A stretch of DNA of 64,000 nt, from NCBI GenBank assembly GCA_964439625.1, contig CAYTPI010000019.1, positions 73-64,072 on the forward strand, in the 5' to 3' direction. Source of the stretch: an uncultured Anaerolineae bacterium. GTDB taxonomy: Bacteria; Chloroflexota; Anaerolineae; Aggregatilineales; UBA3940. The notes beneath the pieces were generated by a model. It was given only the letters and a program-made list of their open reading frames with translations. It searched no databases and was not told the origin of the DNA. Shown here one piece after another: positions 55,530 through 63,631 of the stretch; position 1 is the stretch's first letter; each line of letters begins with the position of its first letter. A program made the position numbers and the translations under genes.

Positions 55530-57232
55530 GGAAGCGGTTGGATGGATGGGTGCACTTGCTGAACCCGCCTGTTCACATACTCTGCTTCAATCCGGGCATA
55601 TGGATCGTATGTTTGCAGCGATGTTTCATCCACTACAGCGAGGTCAACATTCGGGAGGAAGAGTCCCTTACTGAGCAGTTCGGTTGTGAGTTCAGGCGCA
55701 ACATAGGTCAGGGTGTCGTCATCACGAGTTACAACGATCATCTCATCCCACCCATAGAAGCGATTTGTGTACAGTACGCCCCCTGCCAGCGGACTGTTGG
55801 AGGTCAAGCGGATGCCCTCGGCCTCAAGTGCCCAGCTTGCCACCACCAACGCGTTGTTTGAGACAACGCCTACTGCATTACCCTGGTAGAAATACCGCAC
55901 GCTGAAATCGAAGCCGGTGCCTACCAGATACGGCACTGGGTGACGGTCATCCTGTTCTAAAAACAGAATCAAGGTGTCTTCTTTAACCGTGGGCACTGCG
56001 TGGGTCATCGGGCGGAACAACTCCGCTTGATCCGTCCATACGGTGTCTAGTAGATAGTAATCGATCTGAGATTCACCCATTTGAACCACACTTACTGCGG
56101 CAATGACGGCAAGCAGTGAGACAGCACCCACACTTTGCAACCAACGAGTCGGCAGCACCTGCACCAGCAACACAATCAGGCTGGCGAGTGCAATAGCAGT
56201 GCCCAATGGTGCAATCGAATGGACGCGTTGAATGGTCTCACCGATGTTGGTCAACAAGAAGGCCAGCAAACCCAGAAACCAGACCGTCACACCGATGCCC
56301 AACCACAGGGCAGCAAAGCGTGCCATCTCAGTGCGGCCCTCGGACGGCACTTGCCAGAAGTGCACCATGGCCCACAGGCCGACTAATAGTACGATTGCGA
56401 CCAGTATGAGTGACAGCCGATAGGCGTTCAATTTGGCGGCCTGTAACCAGAAGATCGGTTGGAGGGTAGCTTCAATCTGAAACAGGACACGCTGTATAAA
56501 GATGGCAGGCCGAAACGGTTCAGCATAACCGCTGCTGTACGTTCGCTGGGTGATGCCTAAGATAGACAAGCCATAATAGGCTGCCCCCCCGGCGATCACA
56601 ACACCCCATGCCGCCAGCTTCAGGAAGCGCTCGCGTGTGTAAACTCTGTCAAAGGCAAACACACCAACAGCCACTGCTGCCATCAACGGTAGACCCGGTT
56701 CACGAATGAAGATGGAAATGAGTCCGAGCGTGGCTGCGCCCAAAAACAAAGGCCAACTGGATGATCGAACAGAACGTATGTACAGCAAGAGGCTCGCCTG
56801 CATGATCACAACGCCAACTAAGTGATCGCTTGTCGAGTAGACGTTGCCCAGCCAGAACCAGTCTGGCACGACGTACAACAGATAGGTAAGCCCGACCAAA
56901 TACGCAAACCACGAGCGGCGCACAAGTTGATCGATGATAAGGTAGAGAAGAAACCCGTTGGCAATGCGGGTTGCAACCAGCATAATGTAGCTTCCGAGTT
57001 GCTGTGCACCGAATACCTGCGCAAACAGCACCTGGGCAAAAAGTGCCAAAGGACGCCCACTATAATAGCCTACACGCCCATTGAGCGCTGAATAGAAATG
57101 GCCCCAATCATCGATGCCATCACGGTTGCCCATATCTACCAGCGTATAGAGGGCCAAAGTCAACAGTGTGAAGGTGGCAAGTGCCACCCAATGGCGCTGC
57201 TGCCAGTCTGACAGTTTAGGCGGCTGGCTCAT
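55526..57232 (-). CDS. polytopic membrane protein, family B paralog 2
   Basis: 'VDMGNRDGIDDWGHFYSALNGRVGYYSGRPL' and the overall architecture are collinear with 52082..53848. Confidence 0.55.
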   Translation of the reverse strand: MSQPPKLSDWQQRHWVALATFTLLTLALYTLVDMGNRDGIDDWGHFYSALNGRVGYYSGRPLALFAQVLFAQVFGAQQLGSYIMLVATRIANGFLLYLIIDQLVRRSWFAYLVGLTYLLYVVPDWFWLGNVYSTSDHLVGVVIMQASLLLYIRSVRSSSWPLFLGAATLGLISIFIREPGLPLMAAVAVGVFAFDRVYTRERFLKLAAWGVVIAGGAAYYGLSILGITQRTYSSGYAEPFRPAIFIQRVLFQIEATLQPIFWLQAAKLNAYRLSLILVAIVLLVGLWAMVHFWQVPSEGRTEMARFAALWLGIGVTVWFLGLLAFLLTNIGETIQRVHSIAPLGTAIALASLIVLLVQVLPTRWLQSVGAVSLLAVIAAVSVVQMGESQIDYYLLDTVWTDQAELFRPMTHAVPTVKEDTLILFLEQDDRHPVPYLVGTGFDFSVRYFYQGNAVGVVSNNALVVASWALEAEGIRLTSNSPLAGGVLYTNRFYGWDEMIVVTRDDDTLTYVAPELTTELLSKGLFLPNVDLAVVDETSLQTYDPYARIEAEYVNRRVQQVHPSIQPLP

Positions 57233-57480
57233 TAATCGAGTTCTTGCAGCGGTGGGTAGACGCGCTGTACTTTGGGGGGAACATAGCCCGGATGAATACG
57301 CTCAGATGGTGCATAAGCTGCTTCAGCTTCCCTATCAATCAGGCTGATATTAATCTCCGGGTCAAAGATGCCGAAATGCCTTACAATCTGCATCTCAGAC
57401 TCTACATACCTTGCAGCCTGTTCGCTTGGCTGCGTAACGTCAGTGATTAATATTGTACATGCTGCTAAGCTAGACCACAA
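57232..57480 (-). pseudogene. C-terminal remnant of a third family B paralog
   Basis: 'VRHFGIFDPEINISLIDREAEAAYAPSERIHPGYVPPKVQRVYPPLQELD' aligns with the last ~50 aa of 52082..53848 ('FGVFNDYVDLSVIGPEAESSYAPYERIRPGYVNEQVQQVYPPLLDLNR'). No membrane core lies upstream. Confidence 0.65.
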
Positions 57481-57568
57481 GCTGAAGCCAGACCGAGCCC
57501 TGACCCGTTCTGAGACTACACTTTAAATACTGAACATCTCTCAACAGGCAAGCAGAAGATGCGCTACC

Positions 57569-57742
57569 TTATCCCTCCTCTTCCTGAAGCTTTTCAATCA
57601 CCTCTAGATCGCGCTGATAGCTGCGCCTACGGATGAAGAGCGACACTAGATACACCAGCCCAATCGCTCCCATCACCCCATAACCGATGATCAGGCCATC
57701 GGTTGTATCTGGCGGGGGTTGTTGTAGTAATACACGGAGCAC
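57569..57742 (-). CDS. ccmD: heme exporter protein D-like small membrane protein
   Basis: GTG at 57742 overlaps the ccmC stop (TAGTG). The 57-aa product has one TM 'LIIGYGVMGAIGLVYLVSLFI' followed by a basic/acidic tail, as in CcmD. Confidence 0.5.
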   Translation of the reverse strand: MLRVLLQQPPPDTTDGLIIGYGVMGAIGLVYLVSLFIRRRSYQRDLEVIEKLQEEEG

Positions 57743-58500
57743 TAGGGGGTGTCCTGTTCTGCCCAGAACTTCATCTTGAGGGCATACACTTGCTGACCAA
57801 GGCGTTCTAAGCGCATCCGGTGCCACATCAGCGTGAAGAAGACCACGGTAAATGTGCCGAAGCTGAACAACATCGCTTGCGTCATACGTGGGGCGAGGCC
57901 AAAGTCGCCTTCTGCAACGCCTGCACTTGACCCAACGACATACGGATGAATAGTGGACTCAACAAAGCGCACGCCGTAGTAGGTCATCACGACGCTGGCA
58001 AACGCGATGATCCCATAGACTGCCGCGAAGCGTGCCCGCCGTCCGGGGTCTTCAATGCCATTGCGCAGCATCAGGTAGGCCGCATAACTGAGCCACATCA
58101 CAGCGGCGCTGGTCAGCTTTGGGTCCCACGTCCAAGGGGCGCCCCAAGCGTACTGACCCCAAATCATGCCGCCAACAATAGCGATGGTTACTAAGGCGAG
58201 GCCAACCTCGACGGAGGCCAATGACAGGACATCCCAGCGCTCATTTTTGGTGATCAAATAGACGATACCTGCAACAAGAACAACGAGAAAGGCGACAGCG
58301 CCGGCCCACGCGGCCCCAACGTGGAAGTAAAAGATTCGTTGTACTGCGCCCATTGTCAGTTCAGTGGGTGCATAAACGAAGGCCATATATGCGTTGGCTG
58401 CTAGCAAAATAACTGAAACAACGCTCAGAAGCGTCAGTGGTATGGGTAAAGTGGACTGATTCTTTTGGGCGTTGGTTAACGGTGCAGCGGAAGTTGCCAT
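57742..58500 (-). CDS. ccmC: heme exporter protein C (cytochrome c maturation system I)
   Basis: It has the tryptophan-rich WWD motif 'WGQYAWGAPWTWDPKLTSA', 6 TM segments and conserved His residues in the flanking loops. Confidence 0.8.
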   Translation of the reverse strand: MATSAAPLTNAQKNQSTLPIPLTLLSVVSVILLAANAYMAFVYAPTELTMGAVQRIFYFHVGAAWAGAVAFLVVLVAGIVYLITKNERWDVLSLASVEVGLALVTIAIVGGMIWGQYAWGAPWTWDPKLTSAAVMWLSYAAYLMLRNGIEDPGRRARFAAVYGIIAFASVVMTYYGVRFVESTIHPYVVGSSAGVAEGDFGLAPRMTQAMLFSFGTFTVVFFTLMWHRMRLERLGQQVYALKMKFWAEQDTP

Positions 58501-58636
58501 ACACTGCTTCTCCGATCAAATTGAATAACGTATTGATAATAGTCTATCAATTTTACACAGGAGAAGACAGCCTCTGCTGAGACTCTGATGAGATGCTAAA
58601 CTCATAGCGTTATTGGGTTGCTATGAAGGCGAACAT

Positions 58637-59185
58637 ATGAAAGTGACAGTCGGTGGTTACTACCTCGATGTCAAGCAAATTGAGGATGAGCAAACGGCGA
58701 TGTCCATCGCACGGACAGCACCGCTTGGCTATCTGCTGCTGCAAGATGACTCGTCAGATAATGCAGATTGGTACGTTGTTAATATTGTCAGAGAGATTGG
58801 TGTGTTTAGTGTTCTCGTAAAGGCACCTGATACCGGCGCCAGCCCACATATGATGATCCATGAGGAAAGACAGCGTTTGATCATTGGCTACGGGCATTCG
58901 CTGTCGATCTTGAATGCAGCAATGTTTGACGAACTCTTTTACTATGATGGTGGCAGTGCCTTCTATCAAATTTTTAGCTTGCGGCCCCAACACATTGATG
59001 ATGTGTTTATTGGCTGGTTTGAAAACCGGATGGTTGCTCTCACCTATGAGGGCGAGGTGCTGTGGACATACGAAGCCGCTGCCATCATCACGGATGCTGT
59101 ACTGATCGATGATGCCATTGAGATTCGCGTATGGAATAAAGATCACCCGCTGCTGCTTGAACTGTATGATGGCACAATCCGCTGA
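58637..59185 (+). CDS. hypothetical protein
   Basis: An ORF with no recognisable family. ATG 58637 is preferred over TTG 58613. Confidence 0.4.
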   Translation: MKVTVGGYYLDVKQIEDEQTAMSIARTAPLGYLLLQDDSSDNADWYVVNIVREIGVFSVLVKAPDTGASPHMMIHEERQRLIIGYGHSLSILNAAMFDELFYYDGGSAFYQIFSLRPQHIDDVFIGWFENRMVALTYEGEVLWTYEAAAIITDAVLIDDAIEIRVWNKDHPLLLELYDGTIR

Positions 59186-59198
59186 TGTGCTGTGCAGC

Positions 59199-59732
59199 CT
59201 AGTCTGGGCGGACGTTCTCAAAGCTGCCGTTGATTGTCACTGAATTGCCAGTAAGTGTAGGGTTTTGCATGTTGATGCATTGTTCGCCGTTCATACGGAA
59301 GGTGCCCGTCAGGAGCCGCCCGGCTTGGGTGATCTCGGCGCTGCCGCTAACCACCTCACAATTATAGACCTGCCCGGTCTCTGGATCACGATATTGAACG
59401 ATACCCCCTAGGTTATTTTGCCCCATTTGAATTTCTCCCGGAAACTGTAGCGCGGCTAAGTATGCCTCGACCATGTCCGGATCACTGGGGAAGTAACGGA
59501 ATTCAAGCACAGTACCGCCGTTATCCCAGTTGACCAAGCCATCCAGATTAGTAAAGCTGCGCCCCGGTGTAAAGGCCACGATGAAAGATGTGCCGCCAGA
59601 GAGCTGCGTAACTTCAATGGTGGTGATGGCATTAGAGGCTGGTGGTTGGTCTAGCCCAGTGCGGGTAGTCAGGATGCCGAGCGGCGCGCATAAAGTCAGT
59701 GCAGCAAGCAGTGGCAGAAATTGCTTCAACAT
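59199..59732 (-). CDS. hypothetical secreted protein
   Basis: It has an N-terminal signal peptide 'MLKQFLPLLAALTLCAPLG'. The mature part is beta-rich. Confidence 0.45.
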   Translation of the reverse strand: MLKQFLPLLAALTLCAPLGILTTRTGLDQPPASNAITTIEVTQLSGGTSFIVAFTPGRSFTNLDGLVNWDNGGTVLEFRYFPSDPDMVEAYLAALQFPGEIQMGQNNLGGIVQYRDPETGQVYNCEVVSGSAEITQAGRLLTGTFRMNGEQCINMQNPTLTGNSVTINGSFENVRPD

Positions 59733-59842
59733 AGGCCCCTTCAGCAGCTTTGAGTCGATTATGTCACTTAGATGACTGTAACCCTATTTTCTCATATTTT
59801 TAGCGGTGTGCAACGTCTTTTGGTTAAGGCTTTGTTGCATAT

Positions 59843-60499
59843 TCAATCATCTGCGACGATGCCATGCCGCAGCGCAAACACGGCGGCTTGTGTGCGGTCT
59901 TCCACATTGAGCTTCGACAGAATGGAACTGACGTAGTTGCGGACGGTGCCCTCACTGAGGAATAAGCGACCCGCGATGTCCGAATTGGTCAAGCCATGGG
60001 CCAGTAGCTTAAGGATATCCATTTCACGGTTGCTGAGGTCGGTGGTCAGGTTGGATTGTACAGGAGGCCCGCCTTGGTTGACCTGCGCAAACAGGCGACC
60101 CGCGACGGATGGATCAATATGAGTTTTGCCTGCGACGGTGTCGCGAACAGCTTCGATCAATCGTTCGCGGGGCGTGTCTTTCAGCAAAAATCCGGCAGCC
60201 CCTGAACGAATAGCATCAAACACCCATTCATCTTCGGCGTAGGTTGTTAAGACCAACACCTTAATATCTGGATGCTGGCGCTTGAGTTCCCGTGTCGCTT
60301 CGACGCCGTTCATTAATGGCATTTTGAGATCCATCAGGACAAGGTCAGGTGTATGTTCGGCAACCACCGCAACGACTTCTGCCCCATCGCCTGCGACGCC
60401 GACGACTTCAATGCCATTGGCAGCATTCAGAATGGCCCGCAGCCCTTCCGTCACTACAAATTGATCGTCACAGATAACGACGCGAATTGTGTCTGCCAT
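59843..60499 (-). CDS. NarL/FixJ (LuxR-type HTH) response regulator
   Basis: It has the receiver 'VVICDDQ...DLVLMDLKMPLMNG...VLTTY' and the C-terminal 'LSNREMDILKLLAHGLTNSDIAGRLFLSEGTVRNYVSSILSKL'. No cognate kinase is adjacent. Confidence 0.9.
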   Translation of the reverse strand: MADTIRVVICDDQFVVTEGLRAILNAANGIEVVGVAGDGAEVVAVVAEHTPDLVLMDLKMPLMNGVEATRELKRQHPDIKVLVLTTYAEDEWVFDAIRSGAAGFLLKDTPRERLIEAVRDTVAGKTHIDPSVAGRLFAQVNQGGPPVQSNLTTDLSNREMDILKLLAHGLTNSDIAGRLFLSEGTVRNYVSSILSKLNVEDRTQAAVFALRHGIVADD

Positions 60500-60521
60500 G
60501 GGTCGATTTCCTCAGCTTGGC

Positions 60522-60902
60522 CTAGAACTTTGGCTTATTCTTATTGATCAATTGGAAGGGAGTGCCACCTGCGAACCACTTCGAAGCACGGTTTTTCAAA
60601 CCAAGATGATTGTAGCTTTGCATAATCTCTTCAGCCTGTGCTCGGCGGCTCTTCCAGACCCATGCTACGACAAGATAGCCATGTTCTGATTTGTCGTCCT
60701 TGTAAAATTGTTCGGCGACTTTCTCTGGTTCATCGAAGTTATAACGATCTGTGTTGACGCCGTTTTCGTCTGCTGGGTAGATGGTAATGCTGTGCCGTCC
60801 GGTACCACCCTTAACCAGATCATAAACGACACGCTCTGCCGTCAGTTTATTTTCATAATGACCGACCATGGCACGAGCCACTGGTAGGATGTTAATTCCC
60901 AT
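60522..60902 (-). CDS. hypothetical protein, upstream of and co-oriented with the NarL-type regulator
   Basis: A 126-aa ORF. Its N-terminus has a faint resemblance to general-stress GSP17M-like domains. Confidence 0.4.
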   Translation of the reverse strand: MGINILPVARAMVGHYENKLTAERVVYDLVKGGTGRHSITIYPADENGVNTDRYNFDEPEKVAEQFYKDDKSEHGYLVVAWVWKSRRAQAEEIMQSYNHLGLKNRASKWFAGGTPFQLINKNKPKF

Positions 60903-61106
60903 CGGTGTGCTGTCTCCTAATTAGTATTAAAACAATACTGCTTTTCGTACAGTATACCGCATCGTTAAACAAACCTTAAAGACGTCTTGACATAAAGGCT
61001 GTAGTAAAATGAAGCTGTTAACGCTGAATTAAAAATCGGCTTTAAATGCCTCTGTAAAAGGAGTTAGATTCACCCCAAGTTTTACCATTGCGAAAGGAAT
61101 TAGATA

Positions 61107-62606
61107 ATGCCATACGTACCAGTTAAGATTACCGACCCAAGCGAACTACTCACTGAATTGAAGGCGCTACGGACTGCCGTGTATGAAGAAGGGCAGGTAA
61201 CATACGCTCGTTGGAAGCCGTTCATTAAAAGAGAGCGCTTCAAGATGAGCGCTGAAAATCTTGCGTATTACCTCGCATTTCGCAGCCGCGATCTGCGAGA
61301 TTTGCAGGCCGCATTACCACTGTGGGGCTTGTCGTCACTGGGGCGAGCGGAAGCCCGCGTATTGCAAAACCTGGACGCGGTGATTGCGACCCTCTCGGCA
61401 GTGATTGGTGCGCCAGCCGAAACACGCCCGCCACTAGAAGTTTTTGTTCAGGGGCCGGCAGCGCTAATGGCGAATGCTGAGGAACTGTTTGGTGTTCGCC
61501 CGGATAACCGCCGCGTGCGCATCATGGTGACGATGCCAGATTATGCCGCTGATGACCCGGCCTTCGTTAAGGATTTAGTTGAACGTGGGATGAATTATGC
61601 TCGCATCAACTGTGCCCACGATGACCCAGGCGCTTGGACAAAAATGATCGCGAACATTCGCAAAGCTAGCGCCGAAACGGGCCGTGGCTGTGGCATCCAT
61701 ATGGATTTAGGCGGGCCGAAAGTCCGCACAGGGGCGATCAACCGGCTGCATGGGGAAAAGCGCGCTTATAAAGGGGATGGTATTCTGCTGACGCGTGGCC
61801 CTGTTGACACAATCGATGATCAAACCATCAACTTCCAAACAATCACGTCGGAACCGGCTGTCATTGAACAGGCCCAGGTTGGGCAGGAAGTATGGATTGA
61901 TGATGGCGAGATCGGCACCGTTATCGAATCCAAGATGGATGACGCCTTGGTACTGCGCGTTACCGATGTAAGCACTAAAGGGTCTAAGCTCAAAGCAGAA
62001 AAGGGCATTAACTTTCCTGATACGGAACTGAAGCTCTCACCGTTGACACCTAAAGACATCGAAGACCTTGATTACGTGGTCGAGCATGCTGATGCCATCG
62101 GCTATTCGTTCGTGCAGACGCCTGAAGACGTTGACATGCTGCATGAAGCGATCAAATCACGGGTGGAGACAACGGATCGTCTCTACGAGCTGGCGGTGGT
62201 TGCCAAGATTGAAACCAAGCTAGCAGTCCGTAACCTGCCGGAACTGATAATCCGTTCGGCGGGGCAGCAGCCCTTCGGTGTGATGATCGCGCGCGGTGAC
62301 CTTGCCGTTGAGATCGGCTACCAGCGCATGGCGGAGATGCAAGAGCAGATTATGTGGATCTGTGAAGCGGCCCATGTCCCCGTAATCTGGGCGACTCAGG
62401 TATTCGAGAGTTTTGCGAAGCAGGGTATTCCGTCGCGGGCAGAAGTCACAGATGCGGCTATGGGCGAGCGGGCCGAATGTGTGATGCTCAATAAGGGGCC
62501 CTTCATCCACGAGGTTGTTACGACGCTTGATGATGTCCTTAGCCGGATGCAGGCCCACCAGATTAAGAAGACGCCACAGCTTCGTGAACTGCGCTCTTGG
62601 CAGTAA
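61107..62606 (+). CDS. pyruvate kinase family protein, atypical (N-terminal ~130-aa extension, no C-terminal regulatory domain)
   Basis: It has 'RINCAHD', 'GPKVRTG', 'AKIET', 'MIARGDLAVEI', 'ATQVFESF' and 'PSRAEVTDAA'. AGGAAT RBS. Confidence 0.75.
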   Translation: MPYVPVKITDPSELLTELKALRTAVYEEGQVTYARWKPFIKRERFKMSAENLAYYLAFRSRDLRDLQAALPLWGLSSLGRAEARVLQNLDAVIATLSAVIGAPAETRPPLEVFVQGPAALMANAEELFGVRPDNRRVRIMVTMPDYAADDPAFVKDLVERGMNYARINCAHDDPGAWTKMIANIRKASAETGRGCGIHMDLGGPKVRTGAINRLHGEKRAYKGDGILLTRGPVDTIDDQTINFQTITSEPAVIEQAQVGQEVWIDDGEIGTVIESKMDDALVLRVTDVSTKGSKLKAEKGINFPDTELKLSPLTPKDIEDLDYVVEHADAIGYSFVQTPEDVDMLHEAIKSRVETTDRLYELAVVAKIETKLAVRNLPELIIRSAGQQPFGVMIARGDLAVEIGYQRMAEMQEQIMWICEAAHVPVIWATQVFESFAKQGIPSRAEVTDAAMGERAECVMLNKGPFIHEVVTTLDDVLSRMQAHQIKKTPQLRELRSWQ

Positions 62607-62620
62607 AGAAAGACTAAGCT

Positions 62621-63013
62621 CTACGAGCTTGCATCATGTGCCTCGAGTTGTCTGCGTGCATAGGCGATGGCACCATCGAGGTTGTCAAAAAATTCTAGGT
62701 GCGCCAATTGATCAAAGTGAGGCTGCAACGTCTTGATGGCAATCGACAAAAAGGATTGATCGAAGACCAGTACAGGCCGAAAGCGTTTGTCTCTCAGCCC
62801 GCCGGACGGATCGGAGAGCATGCTGCTCGACGCGACGATGATATCCTGATAGGATGGCTTGATGTGGGTATAGTCAGAGCGACCATCCATCCCAGTCTTG
62901 ATGTCATCAACTTCGCTGGCAACCGCCTCTGAGATGGTCTGATAATCAACGGGTTCGATGAAATCTAGAATAAGAATACGCGCTTGATCAAGTACGTTAA
63001 CGACATATGGCAT
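62621..63013 (-). CDS. hypothetical small protein, paralog of the partial gene at 1..385
   Basis: '...RPVLVFDQSFLSIAIKTLQPHFDQLAHLEFFDNLDGAIAYA' aligns with '...ETIFVTTDNIFQMVAQGLQTATFNNIHVRVFASVEEALQYI'. Confidence 0.45.
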   Translation of the reverse strand: MPYVVNVLDQARILILDFIEPVDYQTISEAVASEVDDIKTGMDGRSDYTHIKPSYQDIIVASSSMLSDPSGGLRDKRFRPVLVFDQSFLSIAIKTLQPHFDQLAHLEFFDNLDGAIAYARRQLEAHDASS

Positions 63014-63065
63014 GAGTTGGCTCCCGAGTGCGGGGCGCTGTTGGCATCTTACCTAGCTTATAAGA

Positions 63066-63562
63066 TTACTGCGTCACGCTAGGCTCTGGGGGAACAACGT
63101 CAAGCTCACCGAGAAACAGCCCTAGTGACTGTTGGTACGCAAACTGGCTGAGTTCGTCGTTCGGCTCGTACAGTCGCAAAAACGCACGATAATCATCGAT
63201 AGCATCGCTCGTATTGCCCAGCTCGTCGAACGTCCGCGCTCACCAGAACAATGGCAGCGGGTTGGTTGGGTTTAGCTTGAGGGTGTCGGTCAGGTCTTCG
63301 GAGGCTTGTTCGTAGTTTCCTTTTTGGTAGTGCGCCAAACCTCGATTGTAGAGCAATTCAGAATTCTGGTCGTCCAACTCGATTGCCTCAGTTAATAGTG
63401 TAATAGAGCTGTCTCAGCATTACCTGCGTCTGCTGCTGCAAGCGCTTCAGCATTGAGGGTTAGTGGATCAGGTGTTGCCGTTGCGGTCGGAGTTGGCTCT
63501 CGTGCGGCAGCCGCGCACCCGGCAAGCATCAAAGGCAGAAGCCAAGTAAAACGGTCGATCAT
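63066..63562 (-). pseudogene. TPR-repeat lipoprotein, disrupted by a frameshift and an in-frame TGA
   Basis: From ATG 63562 the reading 'MIDRFTWLLPLMLAGCAAAAREPTPTATATPDPLTLNAEALAAADAGNAETALLHY*' stops at 63392-63394. Another frame continues as TPR: 'LTEAIELDDQNSELLYNRGLAHYQKGNYEQASEDLTDTLKLNPTNPLPLFW*ARTFDELGNTSDAIDDYRAFLRLYEPND...'. The TGA lies at 63241-63243. Confidence 0.7.
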
Positions 63563-63631
63563 TGTGCATCCTTCAGATGGTGTGGCGTTTACTTATTTAA
63601 GGGGCTACTCCGGCAATGCTTACGTATAAGT

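Noticed and set aside
57569-57826. The full 85-aa ORF overlapping the 3' end of ccmC by 85 nt.
   Set aside because: The overlap region looks non-coding in this frame (a P/R/W-rich shadow). I trimmed it to the GTG at 57742, which gives a typical CcmD-size protein.
63241-63243. The in-frame TGA in the TPR lipoprotein as a possible selenocysteine or readthrough codon.
   Set aside because: No SECIS-like hairpin follows. The gene also carries a frameshift and TPR proteins are not selenoproteins, so a nonsense mutation is simpler.
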